Numbered from the stretch's first letter, positions 14,184 through 28,143 are shown. The stretch: 64,000 bases of DNA from Octopus vulgaris (GCA_951406725.2 OX597832.1:31744001-31808000); one strand, 5' to 3'. Program-made: numbers and translations. Notes: generated by a model not told the origin, from the sequence alone.

Positions 14184-14874
14184 TATATATGCACCTACAT
14201 AGACAAACATTTAGGTAGAGAAACACAAGAAGACAGAAAAATCCAGAGAAAGAGAGGGAAAGAGTGGGAGAAAGAGAGCAAGAATGTAAAAGAGGGAGGC
14301 TGAGAATCATTCTAAGAAAGAAACTGGATGCAAATGGCGGAGGTATGGGGAAGTCTGTCAGTATAATGGCATTTAGTTATTTCTTTTTTCTTTTTTACGA
14401 CAGATGTCACTACATGTATAGAAAATGAAATTTTGAGTCCTTCTCTAAAAATAAAAGAATCGGTAAATTGTTAGCCATGGAATATCGTTATATGTCATAA
14501 TCATTATATTTGTAGCTTTCTGGATATCATCAGGAGCGATAACAAAATCAATGTGTGTGTGACAAAGAGTGTATATCTAGATGTACGTCTGTAGCTTTGT
14601 CTGTATGTGTGTATACATACACGGATACATTCATACATACATACGTAATTACACACATACATACATGTATATATATATATATATGTATGTATGTATATAT
14701 ATGTATATATATATATACATGCATATATGTATATTTATGTATAAACACACATAACATAATTACGCAAACACATATTAGTCATTATCCATATATACATTTA
14801 CTCCCCCCCCGCTTTGTTATATAATATATATAATATTATACAATATAATACAATATAAGAATATATGTACATGA

Positions 14875-14911
<37 letters not shown>

Positions 14912-14943
14912 TTATATATCTATATATATGTATTTATATATAA

Positions 14944-15018
<75 letters not shown>

Positions 15019-16022
15019 CATATGTATATATTTATGTGTGTGAAAAAATTGTATATTTATATATATTGCGTATTATGCAAATATTAACGTACATTTATAC
15101 AAACTATTTTGAATGTATGCATGCATATATACATATATGTATGTGTATATATATGCGTATGTGTATATAAATATAATATACGCATATATGTATATGTGTT
15201 TGCATACACACACACACATGAATTAAAAATCTGTATGTCTCTCTCTCCATGTTCATATGTATTTTTGGTAAATTTTTATTGGAATTTTTCTTTCCGAAGA
15301 ATTAATAACCTCAAAAGCAGTGTAAAATATGACATCCTTCGTCAAGATTGCTTATTTTCCTTTTCTTTTCTTACATCTTGCTTCACATAATTCTAAACGG
15401 ATTACAACTTAAGACAAAACATGTACGACGTTTGTCATTGTGCGCATGTCTGCGTGCTCGATGCGTTTAAGCGTCTTTACATGCGTGAATGTTTAATTGT
15501 GTGTGTGTGTGTGTGTGCGGTTGCATGTGCATTGCCATTTGTTACATTACAGGCTGATGAATCTGTATATATATGTGTATACATACATGCATTCACACAT
15601 ACATATGTCTCTCTGTCTCTTTCTCTCCCCTCTCTCTATCTATATATATACACACATATATATGAATTTCTATGTTTTATATATTTATATGTACATTAAT
15701 GTATATATATATATATATATTTGCGTGTCGTTTTCTTTCAGCGTGTGTATATGCATGTGTGCGTGTGTGCGTATGTATATATAATTTCGTTGTGTTTGCG
15801 GTCTTGTTCATGTAGATGAGTTTGTATGAGTTTCTGTGTAAGTCCATGTGCAGATTATGTTTGTATGTGTTGCACAGTGTATGCCTGAAAATGTGGGTTC
15901 TCATGTACATAGGTTTCAGCATTCGTGAGCATGACATGGAATTCTCTACGTATATATGAATATATACAAGTGTATTTTTGAGTGTATGTGTACTTGAGTC
16001 CATATGTAAATCTTTAAATCTG

Positions 16023-16074
<52 letters not shown>

Positions 16075-16089
16075 TATTATTTAAAACAA

Positions 16090-16790
16090 TTTGATTCGGT
16101 TTCCGTGCTACCTCAAGTTTCGCAGGCCCCTAACAGATGCAGCTAAAGATAAATTGTATTCCGATTTACAAATATTATTGATCCGAATTTCCAATCAAGA
16201 CAAAAGTTTTCCCTTCAGAGATTTTAATGCTCCGATTGGATCAGATCAGCTTTCTCGTCCAAATATTCTCGGTAAGCTTGGTCTTGGCAAAATAAAGTCC
16301 AATGGACTCCGGCTACTATCTTTGTGCAGTGAGTCTGGAATTTCTGCCATCAATAAAACCAAGTACCTTGGTATCATCCTGGATCACGTCATGGTCCCAT
16401 GAATGAGTGGATGAGTGTCCGAAGTCGAGATAGAAATGATCTTGAATTAACGCGTTCTTTCTATAAGGCTGAATGTTAATCTGTCCATGCTATGGTTTGC
16501 AAAATGATAAAAATCAGACTCAAACGGGCCATGAAACAAAATCGTAAAAACCCATAAGGAGATATTTGAAAGCTTAAAGTAGAGAGCAACAATGATATTC
16601 TTGCTGAAGTAATTGATCAAAGAATATATCGAAGAATCCTGGGGGTCAACTTAGAGATATCATTTATACTTTCCAGAGAAGTTCTTAGGGTTTTTTTTCT
16701 GCAAAGTGCAAGATTGGCTTCATGAAAATGATGAGGTTACAAATGAACAGCTTCAAGAAATGTAGAAATTTCCTAAAGAACTGAATTTAG
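16090..16790 (+). pseudogene. RTE-clade LINE fragment (APE endonuclease region)
   Basis: ORF 16091-16402 contains AAKDKLYSDLQ...DKSFPFRDFNAPIGSD...ILGKLGLGKIKSNGLRLLSLCSE (GDFNARVG and NSNGLLLL..C motifs); WFHEND lies downstream. Confidence 0.8.
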
Positions 16791-18424
16791 ATACGAATAG
16801 CGTTGGAAAGAAAATGCTTTACAAGTCAGCCAAAAACTCCGTTCAAACTAAATTGTGTGTGTTTGTGTGTGCGTATGTGTGTGTATGTGTGTGAGTATGT
16901 GTATATGTGTGTGCGTCTGTTTATGTATATCTATGTGTGTATAGCCCCGAAGTGCACTGAAACGGGGGCATACTGGAGAAAACAGATATGATTTTCGAAA
17001 TCTGCGCCCAAAAGACAAGGTTTTCGGTAATAATAAAAAAATTAAATTTGAGACGAGAAATAACCCAACTTTGAGATCGCCAAGTTTCTCCTCCCTCTCT
17101 GTCATATCTGCCTGTGCTTTACTCTTTCTCCTCTCTCTATATATTTATCATTCTCTCTCTCCCCCACTCCCTCTTTCTCTATATGCATTTCTTTCACGTA
17201 TGCTGCTCCCCCTCTCTCTCCCTTGATGTGCCATGTAATTGCTTTAATTTTACTTAAAACTTCGTCACTGTAATACTTGCTTTCATTTTGTAATAGGCTG
17301 CTATAACGCAGAAAATGCTAGCTTCTAAATCTTGTTTTCTGATTGGGTAAAAATTAAACACCTTCAAACACATTTAAACATTTTTCTGAAATTTTTCTGG
17401 AACAAATGAATCGCAAAAATCGGATTCCACGTGAGAAATGACATCAATATATCAAAATTTCAAACTTGCCAAAGTTTGTGATAGCAACAGAAAACGTGTT
17501 CTTTATCTCTCTCTCTCTCTCTCTCTCTCCCTTTCTGCGAGGATAGGATGCATCAACTAGCATCAACAAGCGCACAAGGGCCTCCGTCGCACAGTCTAAG
17601 GAGACGATGTCCTATTTCAATTCAAAGGGCTTCAGTTTCCAGGGGAGTCTTAGTTTTGCCATGACCATCATCATTTTCGGTTACCTGTCTAAACATTGAA
17701 GAGCCCAGCGTTACACATGGTCAGCTTTATGTTAAAGGTTAAAGAGCTGGAATTCAGAAAAATCTTGACATCCGTATGCCAAATGGATAAAGAAAAAATT
17801 TCCTTTATCGAGACATTATAAATTGCTACAAATTATGTAGAAATCCGTCCTGAACAAAAGGAATATCTGTCGGGGAAACACATGGTCTAACATGGAATTA
17901 AAAAAAAAACATATTAAAATATAGATACTCTATTGTGAAACGAGTTCGACAACGACAAGCTACTCAGTCAGTGTGTGTGTGCATGTATATACATATATAA
18001 ATACTTCTTTCACAGTCAAGTTACATATAAGTATATATAAATTATAGCAGGTTTATCACCAGAGACATATAAAAGTTTCTATACTAGTAATAAATCGTCT
18101 AGATCTTCCATAACAGTATTTATTCTCCTGGTTTCTAAATCTTAGTTACCGAAGATTCAGTAACTTGTTTACAGTATATCTTGAAAACGAGGCTGACTTT
18201 AGGTTGATTGAACGTATTGTAAATGTTTTGAAATACGTATATTTATTTAGAAAAACTAACGAAAAGTTTTAAAATACTGTTTTGGTAACAGGAAATTTGT
18301 TACAAACGCATGCACACATGCACCACACGAACGCATCCATAGCCATGCGAACAGACATATACGTCCATGTATATTTAGAGAGGTATACAATTTGACTAAT
18401 AGAGTTATTTGATATGGATAGAAG

Positions 18425-18531
<107 letters not shown>

Positions 18532-18720
18532 CAGACAGACATACGTATATACATATATACATATATATATTTATATATATACATAAATATACGTAATACA
18601 CACATATACATACATATAGCTGAATAAACATCCATATACATACATACATACATACACACATATATATGTACATAGATACACACATGCCAGGGTATACATA
18701 TGTTCATATACACACACATA

Positions 18721-19972
18721 TTAGGTCATCCCATAAGTTCTGTCCGATTTTACCTTTTTTAAAATTGAATGCAATTTAATAGTATTTTAGAATGTCTAGT
18801 GGAATTAAAATGTATTTTATGCATTTGTGTGCATTTAAAATAATTAAATATTATTTTACAGAATAATAGAATTAAAATTCCTTTGATTAAAACCCTTTCT
18901 AACACGGAAGTATCCAAAGAGCATTTGAGGCATATAATGTTTTATGAGTACAAAAAAGGAAACTCTGCTGCCGTAGCGACTCGAAACATACACTCAGTTT
19001 ATGGGAAAGAATACTTGAATGAAAGAACTTGCAGAAGATGGTTTCCAAAATTCAGAAGTGGGGATTTCAGCCTTGAAGATGAAGATCGAACAGGACGTCC
19101 AGTTGAGTTTGATGATAAGCTCCTTGAGGCATTACTTGAAGAAAATCCTGCACTATCAGTTGAAGAATTGGCAATAAAGCATATTTCAAACCATACAACT
19201 GTTCATCGTCATCTTCTGCAACTTGGAAAGGTTCCTAAACTTGGAAAATGGGTGCCTCATGAATTGTCCGAAAGCAACCGCAAATCCCGAGTTGACATCT
19301 GCTTTTCTCTCCATTCTCGCGAACTCATTTCACCATTTTTGGATAGATTTGTGACAAGTGACGAAAACTGGATCTTCTATCGAAATGTTAAACTTCGTAA
19401 ACAGTGGCTTGGTAAAAGGGTAAAAGCTCAACTACAACCGAGAGAGGAACTTCATGGAAAAAAAAGGTTCTTCTCTCTATCTGGTGGGATTGCAAAGGAG
19501 TAATTCACTTTGAAATGTTACCACCTAATGCAACAATCAATGCTCAAGTCTACTGTCAGCAATTAGAGTGTTTGAACCAAGTTTTGAAGAAAGAAAAGAT
19601 CCGCTTTAGTGAATCGAAAAGGAGAATGCGCAACCCCACACTGCAAAGATCACATCACAGAAGGCCGAAGAGCTTGGTTGAGAAAAATTCCTTATCCACC
19701 TTATTCTCGCGACCTTGCTCCTTCAGACTACCATTTGTTTCGTAGTTTCATTTGGGGGACATAAATTTCGCAAGGATTTCGAAACTGACATTTCAGAGTT
19801 CTTCCCTTTGAAACCAAAAGAGTTTTACATTGATGGGATTAAAAAGGCTGTAACTAGATGGGAAGAAGATAATCAGGGAAAGTACATCGATGATTAAATT
19901 TCAATTAAATATAACATTTGATCAATTGTTTTCTTTATTCACAATTCGGACAGAACTTATGGGATGATCTGA
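18721..19972 (+). mobile_element. Full-length Tc1/mariner (mariner) DNA transposon, inactive
   Basis: 27-bp TIRs TTAGGTCATCCCATAAGTTCTGTCCGA (18721-18747) and 19946-19972 (2 mismatches); TA on both sides; 1252 bp. Confidence 0.95.
18904..19897 (+). pseudogene. Mariner transposase pseudogene (Hsmar1/Mos1-like)
   Basis: HTH region EHLRHIMFYEYKKGNSAA, WVPHEL, VTSDENWIFY and PYSRDLAPSDYHLF. The probable start codon is ACG, there are several frameshifts, and the HDNA motif is deleted. Confidence 0.93.
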
Positions 19973-20159
19973 TATATTTAAAATATTTATGAGTTGAGCG
20001 TGGTCATACTGCCATGCATAAATAGGAACATACCTACTGAAAAACATGCACCCAAACAGATACACCTAAGTATATCTTATATAACATATATTATATGCAT
20101 ACATAAATACATGCATACATACATGCTTATACACACATACATAGATATATATACATACA

Positions 20160-20357
20160 CGGTGATGGTGGACAAACACAGGTACAAAGACACACAGCCA
20201 TACATATTTCAGCTTCTTTCAGTTTCCGTCTACCAAAATCCACTCGAAGCTAATCCACTCACAACGATATAATAGAAGACACTTGTCCAAGGTGCCACGC
20301 TGTGGGACTGAACCTGGAACCATGTGGTGGCGAAGCAAGCTTCTTACCACAAAGCCA
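20160..20357 (-). mobile_element. SINE family B copy
   Basis: Minus strand GTGGCTTTGTGGTAAGAAGCTTGCTTC...GGTTCAGTCCCAC...TTGGACAAGTGTCTTC...GGAAACTGAAAGAAG. Confidence 0.85.
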
Positions 20358-21039
20358 CACACAAGCGCACGTTCACACAATCACCCCACCACATACACAC
20401 ACATTCCTCCACATAAATAAACGAACCCACCGGTCGTCGTGATTTGAACCACGGTTTACTCTCTTTCTGCCAACGTCCCAATAACGGTAAAGACCATATG
20501 GTACTCTCAGATCATTGAAAACCTAATCGATATTTCTATTGGAAGAATTTCCAGCTTTCCTGTTGACGAAATCTGCTGTCCAATACGCAAATGTTTTGAT
20601 TATATTATCGATGCCTGAAAGACCACCGTCAACCCAACCAAACCGCCATCTTGCTCTTCCACTTCTAGTTTGATTCACTCGAACGTTTCAAAACTATTGT
20701 TCGGTTTCTTGTACTTTTTTTTTTATTTCTATGTATTTTGGTTTGATTTTATTTTGCTTGTTTGAAATCCGTGTTCTAGCAATAATAACTCGCTGTGCAA
20801 ATACCACCACCACCACCGCCGCCGTCACCACCATTTCCACCAGTTATGTGTACATACGCATGCATCGCCTTTTTCTTTTCATCCTCCAACATTATTGTAC
20901 AACAGTGAATCTTATTCTCGACAAACTATCAACCTTTTGCACTCATTTCCAACATCGCAGTGATGCTGGTGTCATCCAATAACAACACGCATCTCCATTA
21001 CATTGTAGCTGTAGTTCCGTGGCACGAGGTCTCTTCTAA

Positions 21040-22130
21040 GACTTATCCCGTATGCCCTTCATCAAAGGGCTCTTGCTTCCCATTAAATTTAGAGAAAACG
21101 ACCCAGCTGTCCTCGCCTTGACATCAATATAGGTTTCGAATGAATGTGAGCGGAAATCTCCGGGAAAAACTACCCGCCTTTAGGCCTCTTGGTACCATCC
21201 TTTTCTTTCCTTTGATCGGGGCCCTCCTGTTAAATCATAATATTCCCTTGTGTACCGATAGATCGATCCACATTCTATCAACTCTGATGTACCCTAGGGT
21301 TCAGTTTTAACCCTCATCTTCTCCATCAAAGACCTGCTTGCCTTTATTGCCAACAACTCCCATCCTTGCACGCTTGAGGCAATGTTTCTCATTCCTGTCT
21401 AAGCTCTTGCATAGAAACCTCATTGACGTGTATCCGAGACACGGTAGCTATTAATCCTGAAATTCCATGAACAGAGAATTGGCAAAAACACTATCTAGAG
21501 AAACCATAGCAATCTTGTCTTCAACACAAATACTACGATTAATTCTTCGTAATTCTGGCACAAGGCCAACCATTTTGAGGACAGAAGAAAGTTGTTTCTC
21601 TCAACCCCAGTGCTCAACTGGTACTTATTTTATCGACTCTGAAAGGATAAAAAGGCAAACTTGGCCTCGGCGGAGTTTGAACTCAGAGCATTAAGACGGA
21701 CGAAATGCCACTCAGCATTTCGCCCGGCGTGCTAACGATTCTGCCAGCTCGCCGCCTTGTTTACTACGTATATTAATAGAGAAATCCTTACAACCCCCCC
21801 CCCCTAATATGCAACTAGCAACCTCAACGTCGTTACAAATGCTAAGACTCACGATCCTGGATGATAATTCTTGGCCACAATCCACAACCTCAACAGAGCA
21901 AAAGTTGGATCACAAAGATGGGTCCGCTTCTTCAGAATCAATCCCAGAAAACAATTCTCATCGCAACAGTTTCCGATTCTCGTTACCACTTAGGTGAGAT
22001 CTAAACTAAAGAACTGCTTCTACATAGAGTATACTGTTATTGCTTACAGACTTCCTCGACAATCCAAATAAAGACCACTACACTGATTAGCAAGAAACCT
22101 CTTCGTCGCTCAGTCAACCGCTGCAACACA
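21040..22130 (+). pseudogene. Highly decayed CR1/Jockey-group LINE RT remnant, interrupted by a SINE
   Basis: Residual motifs resembling ALDISKAFD (~21110-21140) and INSDVP*GSVL (~21277-21310, cf. GVPQGSVL). Confidence 0.5.
21550..21757 (-). mobile_element. SINE family A copy
   Basis: Reverse complement of GGCGGCGAGCTGGCAGAATCGTTAGCACGCCGGGCGAAATGC...GAGTTCAAA...GCCTTT.ATCCTTTC...GTCGATAAAATAAGTACCAG. Confidence 0.9.
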
Positions 22131-22168
22131 GTCAAGTTGTTTCTTCCCTCAATCACTCTCCTCACATT

Positions 22169-22246
<78 letters not shown>

Positions 22247-22760
22247 TTTCTTTCTTCCTTTCTTTCTTTCTTTCCTCTCTCTCTTCCTGTCTCCATCTTT
22301 CTGTTTCCAGTTTCACCATAATCCCAGTGGCTTACTTTTCTGATAACTGACTTACCTCGAGTTGCGTCCATTCGAGCGTTCCTTATTCACTCGTCTCAGA
22401 CATTAAAGAAAAAAGGGCCATTCTAGAAACGATTGAAGAGACAGAAAAAAGGAAACATCGGTTAGGGATTCATTTTTGCCCCAATCAGTCCACTGTCATC
22501 CTTTCGTTTATGGTACAGAATTTGCATCATCATCATCAGCAGCAGTAGCAGTAGCGGTGGAAGCAACAGCGGCCGTTCAAGAATTTGGACCTGGAGATCT
22601 CCATTTCCAGCGACTTCGAGGGTCACCTCCCAGCGGTGTCGGGCGTCAACGAAGAGTCCTCGACTACAACAAGACGACCAAAGTTTTTTTTTCCCAAGGT
22701 CTGGGGTCTCCCACTCCTGAGCCCTAGACCATCACCTAACCATCCTTACCCGTCTTGGGT

Positions 22761-22795
<35 letters not shown>

Positions 22796-22861
22796 AAACA
22801 ACAACAACAGCAGCAGCAGCAGCAGTAACAGCAGCAGCGGCAGCTTGCCATTGATATGAGC

Positions 22862-23089
22862 GGCGAGCTGGCAGAAACGTTAGCGCGCCGGGCGAAATGC
22901 TTAGCGGTATTTCGTCTGCCGCTACGTTCTGAGTTCAAATTCCGCCGAGGTCGACTTTGCCTTTCATCCTTTCGGGGTCGATAAATTAATTACCAGTTAC
23001 ACACTGGGGTCGATGTAATCGACTTAATGCCTTTGTCTGTCCTTATTTGTCCCCTCTATGTGTAGCCCCTTGTGGGCAATAAAGAAATA
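22862..23089 (+). mobile_element. SINE family A copy, near full length, with TSD
   Basis: Family A head and central GCCTTTCATCCTTTCGGGGTCGATAAA domain; flanked by direct repeat GATATGAGC (22853-22861 / 23090-23098). Confidence 0.92.
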
Positions 23090-23969
23090 GATATGAGCAA
23101 CACTCCAATTGAAATCTTATTGAACGTAAGAAAGAGGGTTCCTTGTGAGTATAGCAATGGCTGTGTCTCTCAGTCACACCTAATGCGTTACCATTGGTCA
23201 TTCGAATATATTAGATGTGGTTCCCTAAGGAGAGATATGTTTCTGTAAGCGAGTCTCTGGTTAAATCACTTTACATGACTTGCGTTAAATGTGACAGCTT
23301 TCCGTAAAATTAAGATCTCTACCACGTCTAAACTCGCACTTCTTCCGACTGACAACAAAATTTATTCCTCGTTCGTTTAGTCCAGGAGCAGTGGTATACC
23401 AGCGTTGGAAGTGAAAAACCTGAGCCTCGAGATAATGATTTTCAGGGCACGATTTGTAGAAAAGGTCGATAATCTTGGAAATTTATTGCTGAGAAGATTT
23501 TTATTCCCAAACGGTATTCCACCGCTACCACCGAAAATTTTATCGCATGTGACAGAGACAGAAATTATTGTTTTCATTAATTACACAAGGCTTTTCTTAA
23601 TTAAGAAGATTGAGCAATCTGTTAACTGTTTACGAAAGAATCTAGCTCCTATGGTATTGCTTTCAATTCCAGAACTTTGTGGCTGGTGTCGAATTGTGTG
23701 ACAGGTGATAGCAGGCGATGAGAGGTGACAGCATGTAATAGCATGCCATGACAGATTTATAATTAAGGTCTCTCTCTTACTGCCAAGATCATCAGTGAAG
23801 GTCCTTGCGAAGAGCTTTAATTTAGAATTGAGAACTAATGAAATATTTGTCAATATTCACACACGTGTGAACGGATGCACTCACACACATGTACACATTT
23901 CGATGCAGTATAAGACATACACAAATACACACGCATGCACGGTCACAAACAACACAAACACAGACACAG

Positions 23970-24006
<37 letters not shown>

Positions 24007-24057
24007 CGTATCAATATTAGCCGTATTTCTCATATTATATACATTTCACTCTCTCTT

Positions 24058-24106
<49 letters not shown>

Positions 24107-24186
24107 GTATATATATTTGTATATATACATATGTATATATATGTATACATATATATATATACAATATAATATAATATATATATATA

Positions 24187-24397
24187 TAAAGTTAATCCGA
24201 ACAAGAAAGCACCAAAAAACACAACAACGCGAGGACGTGGAACAAATATAGTATTATTGGACGCTCAGGAAAGACGGAAAGAAGGAGGGTTTAACGTTTC
24301 GAGCGGAGCTCTTCGTCGGAAACATAGGAGAAGGAAAGATCCAGAGAAGGGAAGACAGAGGGAAAAAAATCGCCAACGGTACACACGAGGTCACGTC
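24187..24397 (-). mobile_element. HHR-bearing PLE-like terminal repeat (left arm of an inverted pair)
   Basis: Near-identical reverse complement of 24747-24944 and direct match to 41334-41471; its 3' end abuts (TA)n. Confidence 0.85.
24289..24323 (-). ncRNA. Minimal type I hammerhead ribozyme motif (U4C core)
   Basis: GTTT-CCGACGA-A-GAGC-TCC-GCTC-GAAA-CG-TT-AAAC: stem I GTTT/AAAC, 4-bp stem II, palindromic stem III, GUU site. Confidence 0.75.
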
Positions 24398-24687
24398 ATT
24401 ATTCAATTTTATTTCAAATATTTTCTCCTGAATTATTTGCTCCGTATAATTACACGTACACATAATATATACACACATGCACAATGACGTCACTGGTGCC
24501 AGTCTGTATCACTTTTTGCCTTCCCCTTGGATAACAACGGTGGTGCGTGGAGGGGAGACTGCTACGCATAGTCGACTGCTGGTCTTCCATAAACAACTTT
24601 GCCAGGAGTTGTGCCTCAGAGGGGAACCTTCTAGGTGCAATCCTATGGTCATTCATGACCGAAGCAGTATTTATATACATACATACA

Positions 24688-24724
<37 letters not shown>

Positions 24725-24746
24725 ATATATATATATATATTCAAAA

Positions 24747-24939
24747 TGTGACCGCGTGACCGATTTTTTTCCCTCTGTCTTCCCTTCTCTGGATCTTTCC
24801 TTCTCCTATGTTTCCGACGAAGAGCTCCGCTCGAAACGTTAAAATCTCCTTCTTTCCTTCTTTCCTGAGCGTCCAATAATACTATATTTGTTCCACGTCC
24901 TCGTGTTGTTGTCTTTTTTGTGCTTTCTTGTTTGGATTA

Positions 24940-24944
<5 letters not shown>
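24747..24944 (+). mobile_element. HHR-bearing PLE-like terminal repeat (right arm; HHR at 24810-24844)
   Basis: Inverted copy of 24187-24397 with the same CCGACGA...GAAACGTT motif; ends in (TA)n. Confidence 0.85.
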
Positions 24945-24976
<32 letters not shown>

Positions 24977-24998
24977 GTACATACATATATATATATTT

Positions 24999-25126
<128 letters not shown>

Positions 25127-25795
25127 CATATATATATACTTTTATACTTTTATTTGTTTCAGTCACTTAAATGCTGCCATGCCAGAGCACTGCCGTGTAT
25201 ATGTATATCTATGTGTGTGTGTGTGTGTGAGAGAGAGAGTTTTAAATTGTGTTAGTTAAGTGATATTTATCTCTCACGGAATAGAGTACTTTTCGTTGAT
25301 CCTATCTATAACAAAAGAATAAAGGTTATACACACACACACGCACACGCGCACTCACACACATGCACACACACATATATATATACATGTATGCATACATA
25401 TACGTATATGTGGAAGTATGTAAGCATAACTTCATATATGTGTAGATGTAACAATGCCATTAATAAAAAGCATTATTAAACAGAGTCTAATCCTTTCAGA
25501 GGCGGACATACGGGAGACGTCGGAGAATATTCTGGGCTGATTACAAAAAAGCGATGATAAAGAAATAAACTTGAATGGGGGGGGGGGAGAATAGAAATAA
25601 AGGCTTCATCAAACAGGGTAAAGTAAATGAGTTTGGACATTTAATTAAGCAAAATGGATTCCTGAGACTGTTAATACAAAGGGAAAAGAAGTACAGAAAA
25701 GAAGAAGAGGAAATGGAAAGACATGGTGAGAAGAGATATGAAGGATGGGGGAGAATTGAAGTGTGTATGGATGGATGGATGGATGCATCTGTATT

Positions 25796-25833
<38 letters not shown>

Positions 25834-25834
25834 C

Positions 25835-25990
25835 AGGAGTGGCTGTGTGGTAAGAAGCTTGTTTCCCAACCACAAGGTTTCGTGCTCAGTCCCACTTCGT
25901 GGCAACTTGGACAAGTGTCTTCTACTATAGTCGCGCGCTGACCAAAGTCTTGTGGGTGGACTTGATAGGTGGAAACTGAAAGAAGCCCGT
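25835..25990 (+). mobile_element. SINE family B copy (5' part)
   Basis: GGAGTGGCTGTGTGGTAAGAAGCTTG...TTGGACAAGTGTCTTCTACTATAG...GGAAACTGAAAGAAGCCCGT. Confidence 0.85.
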
Positions 25991-26003
25991 AGTATATATT
26001 TAT

Positions 26004-26034
<31 letters not shown>

Positions 26035-26077
26035 TATGTGTTGTTTGATTGTGTGTGTGCTTCTGTGTATGTTTGTC

Positions 26078-27240
26078 ATGTTGGATGCCATGAAAGTTTC
26101 ACCTGAAGGAAGCGGGTATGGGAGTTTCAGGGTATCTTCTTTTCCGAAGTGTATTAACTCAAATTTGTCCTCGTTCAGCACCATATTGTTTTTTTCGCTC
26201 ATTGGATGACAGCCAGTAGATCTGACAGAAGTCATGTCCGGTCACCCACTTCATTGAAGATCTCCTGGAGCTTGGAGTCATCTGCAAATATTCTTATGTT
26301 GTTGTGCTTGATGATGCCAGTAATTTCATTGATGTAGATGATGAAAAGAAGTGGTTCCTTGAGGAACACTACTACTGACTTTGGCTGGGCTTGATTTTCC
26401 TCCTTCAACAACAACGTGATGGGTTTTGTCTGTCAGGAAGCACTGGATCCACTGTAGTAACTTTCCAGAGACACCAATGTTGGATAGCTTTTTCAAGTGG
26501 ATCTTATGATCAACCCTGTCAAAGGCCCTACTGATATCAAGGGAGATGACCTCGGTGTTGGAGCCCTCTCCCATGGCTCTCAGAATGTCATCCAAGTGAT
26601 GCAGTGGCTGCTTTACGCAGTTCTTTCTAATACGGAACCCCTGTTGTTTGGGGTTCAGCAATCTGAATGGATTATTCGTCATCTCACCACCCTCTGAAAT
26701 GCCTCGATGATACGAGAGGTGAGTGAGATCGGACGGTTGTTCACTGCAAGGGAGGTGTTACCCTTTTTGAAAACTAGGACAACAGACTGGGACAGAAAGT
26801 TTTCAGAAATATAGCTAGCATCCAGTGAGTTCCCCCCACAGATTAGCAAGAGGAGATGCAAGTTAGTGTCGACACACCTTCAGGACACAAACAGAGAACC
26901 TGTCAGGGCCTACGGCTGAATTGTGTCAAATTTCGGCTATTGCAGCTAAGACATCGAGGGCGCCAAACTTTATGTCCGATATAGAATGTTGGGGATTAAC
27001 ATCACTGATGCAGCCCAGATCGGTCTTATCAGGATTGCTGAAAACAGCAGTATTGTTGCTGCATTATCTCACTCGTGGTTTTGCCATTATCTTGGAGGGG
27101 GCCATTTTCATCAATCAGTGAGCCAACAGTGGAGACAGTGACCTTGTGCTTTTTCGCAGAAGAGAAGAACACTTTGGGGTTGAGTTTGACTTTCTCAAAG
27201 GCCCATTTCTCAGCTGTTCTTTGGTTATTGATGATGTTCA
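26078..27240 (-). pseudogene. CR1/L2-group LINE ORF2 reverse transcriptase fragment
   Basis: Consecutive frameshifted ORFs give NRPISLTS, QQGFR, LDISRAFDRVDH, SVPQGT, LLFIIYIN, IFADDSKL and NMVLNEDKFELIHFG. Confidence 0.92.
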
Positions 27241-27309
27241 GCTATTGTTGGTGGTTATATCTTTTTCATTCGAGCAGCGCAATAGCCGTCGAACATATGT
27301 GATATTAAG

Positions 27310-27488
27310 ATTATTACTAATAATTACCAATAACATGATAATAATCATCATATCTTCATTATCATCCTCATTCTCTATATGATATTATCTCAGGGTGAAC
27401 GGATATCACCTACAACGGTGTGATATGCCGGTGGCGGTGTATTAGAATGAAATAAACGGTGCCTGCGGTCATGCTAGGCGTAGACGCT
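27310..27488 (+). repeat. Left arm of a long inverted repeat (pairs with 28862-29031)
   Basis: GATATTATCTCAGGGTGAACGGATATCACCTACAACGGTGTGATA...GGTGGCGGTGTATTAGAATGAAATAAACG is reverse-complemented at ~28890-28970. Confidence 0.9.
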
Positions 27489-27519
27489 GAGCATAGCCGT
27501 CAAATATATTGATATTAAG

Positions 27520-27670
27520 ATGTTCTGAGTTCAAATGCAGCCGGTGTCAGCTGTGATCTTTGTTTGTCATCCTTTCGGGGTCGATAAAATAAATACATGT
27601 TGAGGACTGGCGTCCAATTAATCGAATTACCTCACCCCGAAAATTGCTGGCCTTGTGTCAGAATTTGAAG
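27520..27670 (+). mobile_element. SINE family A copy (5'-truncated)
   Basis: TTCTGAGTTCAAAT...TCATCCTTTCGGGGTCGATAAAATAA...AAATTGCTGGCCTTGTGTCAGAATTTGAA. Confidence 0.8.
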
Positions 27671-28105
27671 TCAACATAGACCTGGGATGAAAAAAGAGAA
27701 AAACTGAATTTCGCATCAGTGGGGAATCGAAAGCGTATCATGTGGATTAACTGGTGAGTTCGTTCACTGCAGGACACGACAATGGCGGCGTCAAGAAATA
27801 TGTATTGTGTGGAGAGAATTCTGAGTCATTACTAACAGCGTTGCAGAAGACATTTTGTTTTCGCTTGAAGCAGGAAAAAATGTAAATGAAAATAATATTG
27901 AAGACGAGAGGGATGATGGTGACGATGGTGATCATTATGATGATGATGATGATGATGATGATGCTAGTGGTGATGGTGGTGAAGGAACAGAAAGAAAGAA
28001 AAAATTGAAGAAAGCCCACGGTGGTGTCTGTTCGTTCTGGCTTCAGTCACGATTTAGCTTAAACAACTGAATGGAAAAGACCTTACCTCTATCCCACACC
28101 CTAAC

Positions 28106-28143
<38 letters not shown>

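Noticed and set aside
18883-19503. SETMAR-like host gene
   Set aside because: There is no SET domain, and the ORF sits inside TIRs with frameshifts; it is a dead transposase.
23405-23701. 98-aa complex ORF
   Set aside because: It has no ATG start and no motif I can recognise; it may be a retroelement remnant but this is unsupported.
27680-27759. Strong donor-like CTG|GTGAGT at ~27753
   Set aside because: No upstream acceptor or recognisable coding frame; it lies directly after a SINE.
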